In this document: in pieces, positions 44,127 to 53,686 of the stretch | Layout: the number at the start of each line of letters is the position of its first letter | Position numbering within the stretch: position 1 is the first letter of the stretch | Origin: Gemmatimonadetes bacterium SCN 70-22 | GTDB taxonomy: Bacteria; Gemmatimonadota; Gemmatimonadetes; Gemmatimonadales; Gemmatimonadaceae | Assembly (NCBI GenBank): GCA_001724275.1 | Contig: MEDZ01000009.1 | Coordinates: forward strand, 108,543-172,542 | Direction of reading: 5' to 3' | Length of the DNA: 64,000 nucleotides | The notes under the pieces: model-generated | The model's database searches: none | Seen by the model: the letters and a program-made list of their open reading frames with translations, nothing else | Told to the model about the DNA's origin: nothing | Program-made: the position numbers and the translations under genes

Positions 44127-46556
44127 ATGACATCACGCGTCCTCCGCCTCGTCGCGCCGGCCCTCCTGCTGGCTGCCGGGCCCCTGGCGGCGCAGGTCAC
44201 CTATTCGCGCGCCGAGCAGCTCCTCAACTGGAACACCGACCGCCTCGTGAGCGGCGACCAGGTGCAGCCGCAGTGGATGAAGGACGGCAACCGCTTCTGG
44301 TACCGGAACAAGACCGCCACGGGCGCCGAGTTCGTCCTGGTGGACCCGGTGGCCAATGCGCGCCGCCTCCTCTTCGATCACGTGAAGCTGGCGCAGGCCA
44401 TGACGGCCGCCGCCGACACCGCCTTCGAGGGGAACAAGCTCCCCTTCCAGACCTTCCGCTTCGGCAACGACGGCGTCAACGAGTCGGAGATCGAGTTCAA
44501 CGCGGTGCGCAAGCGCTTCACCTGCAACATCGCCACCTACCGGTGCGTGGCGGGTGACACGCTCCCCAGCGACGTTCCCTTCGTGGCGTCGCCCGACAAG
44601 TCGCTCGAGGCGTTCATCTCCAACCACAACCTGTGGATCCGCAACCGGGCCACCAAGCGCGACTCGGTGCAGCTGACGACGGACGGCGTGGCGTACAACA
44701 GCTACGGCATCACCATGCCGCGCCCCAGCCAGCTGCAGCGCCCGCAGCCGCAGCGTCCCAACCTCCGCTGGTCACCCGACGGGAAGCGGATCGCGGTGAT
44801 GCGCCAGGACGAGCGGTACGTGGAGCACATGCACTACATCTCGTACACGCCACAGCGCCCCAAGCACTACTCCCAGCCGTACGCCCTCCCCGGCGACACC
44901 GCGGTCCCGTACCCGCGCATCCACGTCGTCGACGTCGCGAGCAAGGCGAACGTCGTCGCGCAGCTCCCGGTGCGCCCCAACAACCTCTCGATCGGCGGGT
45001 CGGTGCGCGACTCGGCGTGGGCCGAGAACTCGCAGAAGGTCCACGTCTCGTGGCTGATGCGCGGCTCCAAGGCGGCCTACCTCGCCGAAGTCGATGCGGC
45101 CACTGGCGCCACCCGCGTCATTGCCCGTGACACCGGGAAGACCTACGTCGAGATCTCCAACCCGCAGGACCCTGGCTCCTTCTACGTCACCAAGGACCTG
45201 AAGGACGCCTTCTGGTGGTCGGAACGCGACGGGTGGGGGCACCTCTATCGCTTCGACGGGGCAGGGGTCGCCAGCGTCGCCTCGACCAACGGCAACGGCG
45301 GCATGTCGCTGGCGCCGGAGCCCAAGGCGCAGCTGACGTCGGGCGCCTGGCAGGTGGGGCAGATCGCATACGTCGACGAGACCGCGCGCCAGGTGTACTT
45401 CACGGCGCGGGGACGCGATGGATTCCTCTACTACCCGAAGCTCTACCGCACGAGCTACGATGGCGGCAACGTCACGCTGCTCACGCCCGAGGACGGACAC
45501 CACGTTGTCTCGTTCAGCCCCAGCGGGAAGTACTTCGTCGACACGTACTCGCGCGTCGAGGCGCCGCCGGTGACCGTGCTGCGCAGCGCGGCGACGGGCG
45601 CGGTGATCCGGAAGCTCGAGGAGGCGGACGTCTCGCGGCTGAAGGAGGTCGGCTGGCGCCCGGCACAGGTGTTCAGCGTGAAGGCCCGCGATGGCGTGAC
45701 CGACATCTATGGGCTGCTCTACCTCCCGCCCAACATCGATTCCACGAAGAAGTACCCGATCATCACCCATATCTACCCCGGGCCGCAGGTCGGGTCGGTG
45801 GGGCGGTGGGACTTCAAGAACGGCGGTGAGCCGTTCTCCCTGGCGGAGCTGGGCTTCGTCGTCATCCAGCTCGATCACCTGGGGACGCCGCTCCGCTCCA
45901 AGGTGTTCCACGACAACTACTACGGCTTCTTCGGCGACAACGGCCTCCCCGACCACATCACCGCCATCAAGCAGCTGGGGGCGCGCTACGGGTTCATCGA
46001 CACCGACAAGGTCGGGATCTTCGGTCACTCGGGCGGCGGCTTCGCCTCCACCGATGCCATGCTGCGCTTCCCCGAGTTCTTCAAGGTCGCCGTGAGCGGC
46101 GCCGGGAACCACGACAACCGCAGCTACAACATCTACTGGGCCGAGAAGTACCAGGGGCTGATGAAGAAGGACACGCTCCGCAAGACGGACAACTTCGAGA
46201 CGTCGGCCAACAAGACGATGGCGAAGAACCTGCAGGGGAAGCTCATGCTGATGCACGGCGACATGGACGACAACGTGCATCCGGCGATGACCGTGCAGGT
46301 GGTCGACGAGCTGATCAAGGCCAACAAGTCGTTCGACATGGTGTGGGCGCCGAACCGGAACCACGGGCTGAACGAGCCCTACTTCATCCGCCGTCGCTGG
46401 GACTACTTCGTCGAGCACCTGCTGGGGCAGGTGCCGCCGGACAACTACGAGATCAAGCAGCCGGCCGACGGCGGGGCACGCCCCCCGAACGCGCCGGCCT
46501 GGGATGACTGGGACGACGGCTTCCCGTTCTGGAAGCCGTTCCGGGCGCCGTGGTAG
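44127..46556 (+). CDS. Dipeptidyl-peptidase IV-like S9B serine peptidase
   Basis: Signal peptide, DPP-IV N-terminal propeller, nucleophile GIFGHSGGGFAS, and later MHGDMDDNVH and NRNHG (Asp/His). Confidence 0.85.
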   Translation: MTSRVLRLVAPALLLAAGPLAAQVTYSRAEQLLNWNTDRLVSGDQVQPQWMKDGNRFWYRNKTATGAEFVLVDPVANARRLLFDHVKLAQAMTAAADTAFEGNKLPFQTFRFGNDGVNESEIEFNAVRKRFTCNIATYRCVAGDTLPSDVPFVASPDKSLEAFISNHNLWIRNRATKRDSVQLTTDGVAYNSYGITMPRPSQLQRPQPQRPNLRWSPDGKRIAVMRQDERYVEHMHYISYTPQRPKHYSQPYALPGDTAVPYPRIHVVDVASKANVVAQLPVRPNNLSIGGSVRDSAWAENSQKVHVSWLMRGSKAAYLAEVDAATGATRVIARDTGKTYVEISNPQDPGSFYVTKDLKDAFWWSERDGWGHLYRFDGAGVASVASTNGNGGMSLAPEPKAQLTSGAWQVGQIAYVDETARQVYFTARGRDGFLYYPKLYRTSYDGGNVTLLTPEDGHHVVSFSPSGKYFVDTYSRVEAPPVTVLRSAATGAVIRKLEEADVSRLKEVGWRPAQVFSVKARDGVTDIYGLLYLPPNIDSTKKYPIITHIYPGPQVGSVGRWDFKNGGEPFSLAELGFVVIQLDHLGTPLRSKVFHDNYYGFFGDNGLPDHITAIKQLGARYGFIDTDKVGIFGHSGGGFASTDAMLRFPEFFKVAVSGAGNHDNRSYNIYWAEKYQGLMKKDTLRKTDNFETSANKTMAKNLQGKLMLMHGDMDDNVHPAMTVQVVDELIKANKSFDMVWAPNRNHGLNEPYFIRRRWDYFVEHLLGQVPPDNYEIKQPADGGARPPNAPAWDDWDDGFPFWKPFRAPW

Positions 46557-46562
46557 CACAGT

Positions 46563-46583
46563 AGAAGACGAGAAGACGAGAGG
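46563..46583 (+). repeat. Copy 3 of the dispersed (AGAAGACG)n-AGAG element, x2, followed by CCCCGGGG
   Basis: AGAAGACG-AGAAGACG-AGAGG, starting 7 nt after the TAG stop at 46554-46556. Confidence 0.7.
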
Positions 46584-46585
46584 AG

Positions 46586-46615
46586 CCCCGGGGGGCGCGG
46601 TGTTCCCCGGGGTTT
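46586..46615 (+). terminator. Hairpin CCCCGGGG-(11 nt)-CCCCGGGG followed by TTT
   Basis: 8-bp GC stem with an 11-nt loop and a short T-run, between the DPP-IV-like gene and the next S9 gene. Confidence 0.45.
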
Positions 46616-46647
46616 CCGTTGGCCTGGCACCGCACTCCTCAGCTGCA

Positions 46648-49233
46648 ATGGTGAAGTCCATGTGGATGGTTCGTTGGGAACGCCGGGGGCGTCGGGCGCG
46701 GCGCGCGTGCGGCGCCTTCGTGGCGGTGTCGCTGCTGGGGATTGCGGCTGGCGACGCCGGGGCGCAGGTCACGGTCGACCGGTGGCTGGTGCTGGGGCCC
46801 GTCCCGGCCACGCTCCCCTTCGCCAGCGCCACCTCCGATTCCGCGGCGCTTGGCGCGCTGCGGCTGCGCCCCGATGCGGGGTGGCCGTCGGAGGGGCGCA
46901 GCGTGCCGCTCCCGGCGGGTGCGCCGCTGCGCTGGACGGCGGGCAATGCCGCGCTGGCGCGCGGGACGCTGGCCTATGCGGTGGCGTACGTCACCAGCGA
47001 CCGCTGGCAGCGGGTGACGCTGGGCACGCCCGCGGGAAGCGCCGAGCTGCCACGGGTCTGGATCGACGGCGCACGGGTGACCGGGGCGCAGGTGACGCTG
47101 GCGCGCGGCACACACGTCGTCATGGTGGAGCGCGTGGCGCGCTCGGCGGGGGCGGAGGCGCTGGCCCTGGCGCTGACGCCGGTTGCGCCTGGCGGATCGC
47201 TCGCGGCATCGCTCGACCCGCGCCACGCCCCGAGCTGGCGCGAACTCCACGCCATGGCGTCCATCGCCGGCGTGGCCCTCGATCCCACGGCCACCCGCGT
47301 CGCCGTGTCGATGCGTGCGCGCGACCTCGCGGCGGATCGCGCCAACGGCTGGATGGAAGTGCGCGAGGTGGCGAGCGGCCGCGTGCTGGCCGAGCTGCGC
47401 AGCGGCTCCCCCACCTCGCCGGCGTGGTCGCGCGACGGCCGGCGGCTGGCCGTGCTCACCGCCGCCGATCGCCCCGACACGCCCGGCCGCGACCTCTGGC
47501 TCTGGGACGCCACGACCATGTCGGCCACGCAGCTCCTGCGCGGCGAGCCGATGACACGTCTCGTGGGATGGTCGCCCGACGGCGAGTGGATCTACTACCT
47601 CGGGACGGAGCGCCCGGCGGCGTCCGCCCCGCCGACGCCGGGCGAGATGACGCGCCTCACCGAGGTGTGGCAGCGCGGCGACGACTCCCCCTACCGCACG
47701 CAGCTGTACGCCGTGAGCGCCTCGCAGGGAATCCGGACGACGCTGGTGGGGGACTCGGCGGTCGGCGTGGCGGGAGCGGCGCTCTCCCCCGACGGCCGCA
47801 CCATCGCCTTCACGCGCTCGGTGAACACGAATGCCGGGCGCCCGTGGCTGCGCGCCGAGCTGTGGACGCTCGACGTCGCGACGCTGGCCACGCGACGCCT
47901 CCTCGACCTCACGCGCGAGGCCTTCAGTGCCCCGGCGACCCTGGCCTGGTCGCCCGACTCGAAGGCGCTCGCCTTCTGCGCCAGTGCCAAGGAGCTCGTG
48001 GAGCGCGAGGACCCGTCGTTCAGCGTGTACGAGAACGAGCTGTACGCGACGTCGCTCGAACGCCCGGCGCTCGTGCACCTCAGCGAAGGATTCGTCCCGT
48101 CGGTAGGGGCAGGGCTGGGGTGCTCGGAGGTGGTGTGGAGCGCGCGGGACGGGCGGATCCTCGTCCCGGTGGACGCGGGGGCGCGGACGCTCCTGGCCAG
48201 GACGAAGGCACCGGTGCCGTCGTCGGTGGCGAAGACCACGCTGGAGCTCGTCCCGCTTCCCGGCGAGACCATGTCGGCGTTCGACGTGGCCGCGGGGACG
48301 GTCGTGGCGGCGGTGGAGGGGCCGGTGACGCCCCCGGCGCTGCAGCGGATCGACCTGGCGACGGGGCGCGCGATGACGCTCGCCGCGCCTAACGCCGACG
48401 CCGTCGCGCCACTCGCCCTCCCGACCTGGCGTCCGTGGTCGTTCCGCAACTCGCGCGGCGAGGAGATCGAGGGATGGTACTGGCTCCCGCCGGCCTTCGA
48501 CTCCACGGCGCGCTACCCGATGATCGTGCACTACTACGGCGGGACGCTCCCCATGAAGAAGGAGTTCGAGGCGCGGCTCCTCTGGTTCGCGGCCAACGGC
48601 TACGTGGTGCTGATGACGAACCCCGCCGGGGCCCCGGGCTACGGGCAGGCGTTCTCCAACCATCACGCCAACGACTGGGGGTTTCCCGCCGCCAGCGACA
48701 TCATCGAGGGGACGCAGCAGTTCCTGCAACAGCACCGCTTCGTGGACGCCGCCCGGGTGGGGAATTTCGGCCACTCGTACGGCGGCTTCATGACGATGCA
48801 CCTGCACACGCGCACCACCCTGTTCCGTACCGGGATCTCGCTGGCCGGGATCTCGAACATCGCCAACTACTGGGGGGCGGGGAACTCCGGCTACAGCTAC
48901 ACCGACGGGACGTGCCCCGGGTGCTACCCGTGGAACCGGAAGGACGTGTTCGTCGATCGTTCCCCGCTCTTTGCCGCCGACCAGGTGCGTTCGCCGCTCC
49001 TGCTCATGCACGGCACCGGCGACACCAACGTCGTCCCGACCGAGTCGGAGCAGATGTTCACCGCGCTGCGCATGCTGGGGCGCGAGGTGGAGCTGGTGCG
49101 CGTGGCGGGCGAGAACCACGGGATCAACTCCCGTCCTTCGGTCGAGAGGGGACGCGACGGCGCGATGCTCGACTGGTTCGACAAGTACCTGCGCGACCGC
49201 CCCGAGGCGTGGAGCGCGCGCTGGAGCCGCTGA
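46648..49233 (+). CDS. S9-family prolyl-oligopeptidase / acylaminoacyl-peptidase-like serine peptidase with an N-terminal extra domain and a TolB-like propeller
   Basis: Signal peptide, repeated SPDG / WSPDG propeller blades, nucleophile GNFGHSYGGFMT, and later MHGTGDTNV and ENHG. Confidence 0.85.
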   Translation: MVKSMWMVRWERRGRRARRACGAFVAVSLLGIAAGDAGAQVTVDRWLVLGPVPATLPFASATSDSAALGALRLRPDAGWPSEGRSVPLPAGAPLRWTAGNAALARGTLAYAVAYVTSDRWQRVTLGTPAGSAELPRVWIDGARVTGAQVTLARGTHVVMVERVARSAGAEALALALTPVAPGGSLAASLDPRHAPSWRELHAMASIAGVALDPTATRVAVSMRARDLAADRANGWMEVREVASGRVLAELRSGSPTSPAWSRDGRRLAVLTAADRPDTPGRDLWLWDATTMSATQLLRGEPMTRLVGWSPDGEWIYYLGTERPAASAPPTPGEMTRLTEVWQRGDDSPYRTQLYAVSASQGIRTTLVGDSAVGVAGAALSPDGRTIAFTRSVNTNAGRPWLRAELWTLDVATLATRRLLDLTREAFSAPATLAWSPDSKALAFCASAKELVEREDPSFSVYENELYATSLERPALVHLSEGFVPSVGAGLGCSEVVWSARDGRILVPVDAGARTLLARTKAPVPSSVAKTTLELVPLPGETMSAFDVAAGTVVAAVEGPVTPPALQRIDLATGRAMTLAAPNADAVAPLALPTWRPWSFRNSRGEEIEGWYWLPPAFDSTARYPMIVHYYGGTLPMKKEFEARLLWFAANGYVVLMTNPAGAPGYGQAFSNHHANDWGFPAASDIIEGTQQFLQQHRFVDAARVGNFGHSYGGFMTMHLHTRTTLFRTGISLAGISNIANYWGAGNSGYSYTDGTCPGCYPWNRKDVFVDRSPLFAADQVRSPLLLMHGTGDTNVVPTESEQMFTALRMLGREVELVRVAGENHGINSRPSVERGRDGAMLDWFDKYLRDRPEAWSARWSR

Positions 49234-49298
49234 CCATCTCGCCGGCACTCCCACCCGAGGCCCTTCCATCCCATGCACCCATACCCCGGACCGACACC

Positions 49299-51653
49299 GT
49301 GACGACTGCACCAATCCATCGCCTGGCGGCGCCCCTGATGGCGCTGGCCATGCTCCCCGTCATCGCTGCGCCGGTCCAGGCGCAGGGGACCCGCGCGGAC
49401 TATGCGCGGGCCGAGCAGCTCCTGCCGTGGAACGCGACCGAGCTGGTGACCAACGACGCGGTGCGCCCGCGCTGGATGAGCGGCGACCGATTCTGGTTCC
49501 GCAACCGCGCGGCGAAGGGGTGGGAGTTCGTGGTCGTCGAGATGGCGACCGGGACGCGGCGCCCCGCCTTCGACCATGCGCGCCTCGCGGCCGCGCTGTC
49601 GCAGGCGGCCGACACGTCGTACGACGCGGGCAAGCTCCCCTTCACCCAGTTCACCTGGGTCGACGGCGAGAAGGCGATCCGCTTCGCCGTGTCCAAGGGG
49701 AAGTCCTGGACGTGCGACGTCACGACGTACGCCTGCACCGGCCCCGATACGACGGCGGTCGACAAGGCGAGCGAGGTGAGGTCGCCCGACGGGAAGTGGA
49801 TCGCCACCGAGCGCGCGGGGAACATCTACGTGCGCCCGGCGGGCGGGGGCGAGGAGGTGCAGCTGACGACCGACGGGACGCCCGACTGGGGATACGGGCT
49901 GGCGAACATCGGCTGCTGCCAGCAGGTCACCGTCGTCCGCAACAAGGTCGAGCTGCGTCCCTACGTCCTCTGGTCGCCCGACTCGAGGCGCCTGGTGACC
50001 CACAAGTGGGACCAGCGCAACGTGCGCCTGATGCACCTGCTGGAGACGAAGAATCCCGCCCCGATCCTCCACTCGTATCGTTATGCTCTCCCCGGCGACT
50101 CGGTGATCCCGCGCTACGACCTGTACGTCCTGGACGTGGAGGGACGCCGCGCGGTGAAGCTCGGCGTGCCGGCGATGGACGCGGTCAACACCTCGTGCTG
50201 CTGGCTGGCGACCGATACCGTCTGGAAGGACGTGCGCTGGGCGACGAATGACGCCGTGGCGTTCACGGCGGGGAAGCGCGGCTTCGACGAGCTCTCGCTC
50301 GTCCTGGCCGACGCCCGCAGCGGCACGGCGCGCACGATCCTCACCGAGCGTTCGAAGACGTTCGTGGAGACCAACCAGAACTCGGGGGGCATCCCCAACT
50401 GGCGTCCGGTGGGCGGGGGGCGCGAGTTCGTCTGGTGGTCGGAGCGCGACGGGTGGGGGCACCTGTACCTGGTGGACGGGGCCACCGGGGCGGTGAAGAA
50501 CCGCATCACCGGCGGCGACTGGATGGTGAGCGACCTGGTGTGGGTCGATGAGGTGCAACGGTATGCGTACTTCACCGCGCGCGGGCGCGAGGAGGGGCGC
50601 GACCCGTATTTCCGGCACCTGTACCGCGCCCGCCTCGACGGCTCCGCCGTGGAGCTGCTGACGAAGGAGGACGCCGACCACGAGGTCACCGTTGCGCCTG
50701 GCGGCCGCTACCTCGTGGACGTGGTGGCCCGCCCCGAGCGCCCCCCGGTCTCGCTGCTACGGCGCCTGGACGGGACGGTGGTGAAGGAGATCCAGGCCGC
50801 CGACATCTCGCGCCTGGTGGCGGCGGGCTATCGCCCCCCCGAACCGTTCACCGTGCGCGCCCGCGACGGGGTGACCGAGCTGCGCGGACTCCTCTGGCGC
50901 CCGGCCCGCTTCGACTCGACGAAGTCCTACCCCATCATCGACTACATCTACCCGGGGCCGCAGGTGGGGGCCATCGGACAGCGGCAGTTCGCCTCCCGCC
51001 CCGGCGGCGCGGCCAACGCCCTCGCCGAGCTCGGCTTCTTCGTGGTGCAGGTCGATGCGTTAGGCAGCCCGGGGCGGTCGAAGGCCTTCCACGATGCCTA
51101 CTACGGCAACATGGGCGACAACGGCCTCCCCGACCACATCGCGACCATCAAGCAGCTGGCGGCGCGCCACCCGCAGGTGGACCTGGGGCGCGTCGGGATC
51201 TACGGCCACTCCGGCGGCGGCTTCTCCGGGACCGACGCGATCCTCCGCTACCCCGACTTCTTCAAGGTCGCCGTCTCGTCGGCCGGGAACCACGACAACC
51301 GCAGCTACGACTTCACCTGGGGCGAGAAGTACCAGGGGCTGCGGCGCCAGCTGAGCGACACCGTCGACACCTTCGACTCGCAGTCCAACTGGCGGTTGGC
51401 GAAGAACCTCCAGGGGAAGCTCCTCCTCTCCTACGGGACGCTCGACGACAACGTGCACCCCGTCTCGACGCAGCTCCTCATCGACGAGCTCATCAAGCAC
51501 AACAAGGACTTCGACCTCGTGGTGATGCCCAATCGCAACCACGGCTACGCCGGCGAGGCGTATTGGGTGCGTCGCACCTGGGACTACTTCGTGAAGCACC
51601 TGCTGGGCATCGAGCCGCCGCCCCAGTACGAGCTCAAGCCGCCCACGCCGTAG
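49299..51653 (+). CDS. Second dipeptidyl-peptidase IV-like S9B peptidase (paralog of 44127-46556)
   Basis: The N-terminus YARAEQLLPWNATELV parallels YSRAEQLLNWNTDRLV in the paralog. Nucleophile GIYGHSGGGFSG. GTG start at 49299, with an alternative ATG at 49338. Confidence 0.85.
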   Translation: MTTAPIHRLAAPLMALAMLPVIAAPVQAQGTRADYARAEQLLPWNATELVTNDAVRPRWMSGDRFWFRNRAAKGWEFVVVEMATGTRRPAFDHARLAAALSQAADTSYDAGKLPFTQFTWVDGEKAIRFAVSKGKSWTCDVTTYACTGPDTTAVDKASEVRSPDGKWIATERAGNIYVRPAGGGEEVQLTTDGTPDWGYGLANIGCCQQVTVVRNKVELRPYVLWSPDSRRLVTHKWDQRNVRLMHLLETKNPAPILHSYRYALPGDSVIPRYDLYVLDVEGRRAVKLGVPAMDAVNTSCCWLATDTVWKDVRWATNDAVAFTAGKRGFDELSLVLADARSGTARTILTERSKTFVETNQNSGGIPNWRPVGGGREFVWWSERDGWGHLYLVDGATGAVKNRITGGDWMVSDLVWVDEVQRYAYFTARGREEGRDPYFRHLYRARLDGSAVELLTKEDADHEVTVAPGGRYLVDVVARPERPPVSLLRRLDGTVVKEIQAADISRLVAAGYRPPEPFTVRARDGVTELRGLLWRPARFDSTKSYPIIDYIYPGPQVGAIGQRQFASRPGGAANALAELGFFVVQVDALGSPGRSKAFHDAYYGNMGDNGLPDHIATIKQLAARHPQVDLGRVGIYGHSGGGFSGTDAILRYPDFFKVAVSSAGNHDNRSYDFTWGEKYQGLRRQLSDTVDTFDSQSNWRLAKNLQGKLLLSYGTLDDNVHPVSTQLLIDELIKHNKDFDLVVMPNRNHGYAGEAYWVRRTWDYFVKHLLGIEPPPQYELKPPTP

Positions 51654-51721
51654 CCGGCGGAGCCGCCCGCCCCGGCCACCGTCGTGGGCGGCGCGGCACC
51701 TGCGGCGCCTGTTCGAACTCC

Positions 51722-51762
51722 AGAGGGGGTGACGGGTTCGCGCGCGAACCCTCGCCCCCTCT
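51722..51762 (+). terminator. Long imperfect palindrome centred on GGGTTCGCGCGCGAACCC
   Basis: AGAGGGGGTGACGGGTTCGCG / CGCGAACCCTCGCCCCCTCT, about 70 nt after the DPP-IV paralog stop. Confidence 0.45.
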
Positions 51763-51903
51763 CGATCGTTGACGAGAGGAAGGCGCCGAGGAACCTCCCG
51801 CCGGCTCCCGCGGTACGTCCCTTCACGCCCATCGTCGTACGCCGCTCTCCGGCTCCTCTTCCGCTCCACTCCCGCTTCTCTCCCGCCCCTCGTCGTCCCT
51901 CCC

Positions 51904-52854
51904 ATGCTCCTGCGCACTCCCGACGCCCTCCCCATCGCCCCATCCGAGATCACCAGCGAGTCGCACTACGAGAACCGCCGGCAATTCCTCAAGGACGCGG
52001 GGCTCCTCGGCCTCGGGATCGCCGGAATGGCGCTCGCCTCACGCGACGCGCGGGCGCAACCGCCGCAGCAGGGGACGAGCATCGGCGGCGCGGAGCTCAA
52101 GCCCGAGCTCACGCCATGGGAGGACGTGACCGGCTACAACAACTTCTACGAGTTCGGGACCGACAAGAGCGACCCGGCCGACCACGCGCAGAAGTTCCGC
52201 ACCAAGCCGTGGAGCGTGGCGGTCGAGGGGCTCGTCGCCAAGCCGGGGCGCTACGCGCTCGAGGACTTCCTCAAGCCGCACAAGCTCGAGGACCGGATCT
52301 ACCGCCACCGCTGCGTCGAGGCCTGGTCCATGGTGATCCCGTGGCTCGGCTTCCCGATGGCCGACTTCATCAAGCGCGTGCAGCCGTTAGGCTCGGCGAA
52401 ATACGTGGAGTTCACCACGCTGCTCGACCCCAAGCAGATGCCGGGGCAGCGCTCGCCCATCCTCGACTGGCCGTACGTCGAGGCGTTGCGCCTGGACGAG
52501 GCGATGCACCCGCTCACGATCTTCGCCGTCGGAGTCTACGGGAAGATGCTCCCCAACCAGAACGGGGCGCCGCTCCGTCACGTCGTCCCGTGGAAGTACG
52601 GCTTCAAGAGCTGCAAGTCGATCGTGAAGATCCGCTTCACGGAAACGATGCCGAAGACGGCGTGGAACGTGGCCAACCCGGGCGAGTACGGCTTCTACGC
52701 CAACGTGAATCCCACGGTCGACCACCCGCGCTGGTCGCAGGCCAAGGAACGGCGCATCGGCGAGTTCCGGCGGCGCGACACGCTGATGTTCAACGGGTAT
52801 GCGCAGCAGGTGGCGTCGCTGTACGGCGGGATGGACCTGCGGAAGTTCTACTGA
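51904..52854 (+). CDS. msrP: Protein-methionine-sulfoxide reductase catalytic subunit MsrP (YedY-type molybdoenzyme)
   Basis: TAT signal [38 protein letters not shown] and the PWKYGFKS signatures are typical of YedY/MsrP. Confidence 0.9.
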   Translation: MLLRTPDALPIAPSEITSESHYENRRQFLKDAGLLGLGIAGMALASRDARAQPPQQGTSIGGAELKPELTPWEDVTGYNNFYEFGTDKSDPADHAQKFRTKPWSVAVEGLVAKPGRYALEDFLKPHKLEDRIYRHRCVEAWSMVIPWLGFPMADFIKRVQPLGSAKYVEFTTLLDPKQMPGQRSPILDWPYVEALRLDEAMHPLTIFAVGVYGKMLPNQNGAPLRHVVPWKYGFKSCKSIVKIRFTETMPKTAWNVANPGEYGFYANVNPTVDHPRWSQAKERRIGEFRRRDTLMFNGYAQQVASLYGGMDLRKFY

Positions 52855-52860
52855 GCCGGC

Positions 52861-53505
52861 GTGCGACACCCTCGCTGGCTCCCGGCGCTCGTCTTCGCGC
52901 TGTCGCTCCTGCCGTTCGTCTTCGTCGCCGGAGCCCTGGCGTCGGACTTCTTCACCGGGACGCGCTACCTGGGCTCCAACCCCATCAAGGAGGGCGAGCA
53001 CTTCACGGGGAAGTGGACGCTCCGCTTCCTCGCGCTGTCGCTCGCCATCACGCCGGCGGTGCGGTTGCTGCAACAGGGATGGCTGATCCGCTACCGCCGC
53101 ACCTTCGGGCTGTTCGCCTTCTTCTATGCGTGCACGCACCTGGTGATCTACGCCGTCCTCGACGTGGAGCTCACCTGGCGCGACATGATCGAGGACGTGG
53201 CGAAGCGCCTGTACATCACCATCGGGATGACCGCGCTCGCCCTGATGGTCCCGCTCGCCGTGACGTCGACCAAGGGGTGGATCCGTCGCCTCGGGAACCG
53301 GCGCTGGAATGCGATCCACCGGCTGGTCTACGTCAGCGCCGTCCTCGGGCTGGTGCATTACTGGATGTCCGTGAAGAAGGATGTGACCGAACCCGCGCTC
53401 TTCGGGATCGTCTTCGCATCGCTCCTGGGGTGGCGCGTGTGGCGAGCACGGGCAAGGGCACGCGCGAAGCCGGCGGGCGCGTCCTCGGCGAGGGTGCCGG
53501 CGTAA
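52861..53505 (+). CDS. msrQ: MsrQ (YedZ) haem-binding membrane subunit
   Basis: It lies 6 nt after msrP. Six-TM ferric-reductase-like protein with conserved His residues (FFYACTHLVIY, NAIHRLVYV). Confidence 0.85.
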   Translation: MRHPRWLPALVFALSLLPFVFVAGALASDFFTGTRYLGSNPIKEGEHFTGKWTLRFLALSLAITPAVRLLQQGWLIRYRRTFGLFAFFYACTHLVIYAVLDVELTWRDMIEDVAKRLYITIGMTALALMVPLAVTSTKGWIRRLGNRRWNAIHRLVYVSAVLGLVHYWMSVKKDVTEPALFGIVFASLLGWRVWRARARARAKPAGASSARVPA

Positions 53506-53648
53506 TCGCGTAGTTGAGCGTCTACTGGCGTGTAACAGTGTGGTAAGTGGCGCGTAAGTGGCGCAAAATTAGCGCTCAAGCTGGCTCTCCGTTGCGCGTT
53601 TCGCCCGGCAGCAATAGGCCGGATGGGGGAGCGACTCGAAGCTGAGTC

Positions 53649-53680
53649 TTGACAGATTCGACGTGCTAATACGTATTAGC
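53649..53680 (+). promoter_or_regulatory. Candidate promoter -35 (TTGACA, 53649-53654) plus a 16-bp perfect palindrome GCTAATACGTATTAGC (53665-53680), a putative LacI-family operator
   Basis: Direct reading. The palindrome sits where a -10 element would fall and ends 7 nt upstream of the proposed GTG start of the LacI-family gene. Confidence 0.5.
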
Positions 53681-53686
53681 GCGCCT

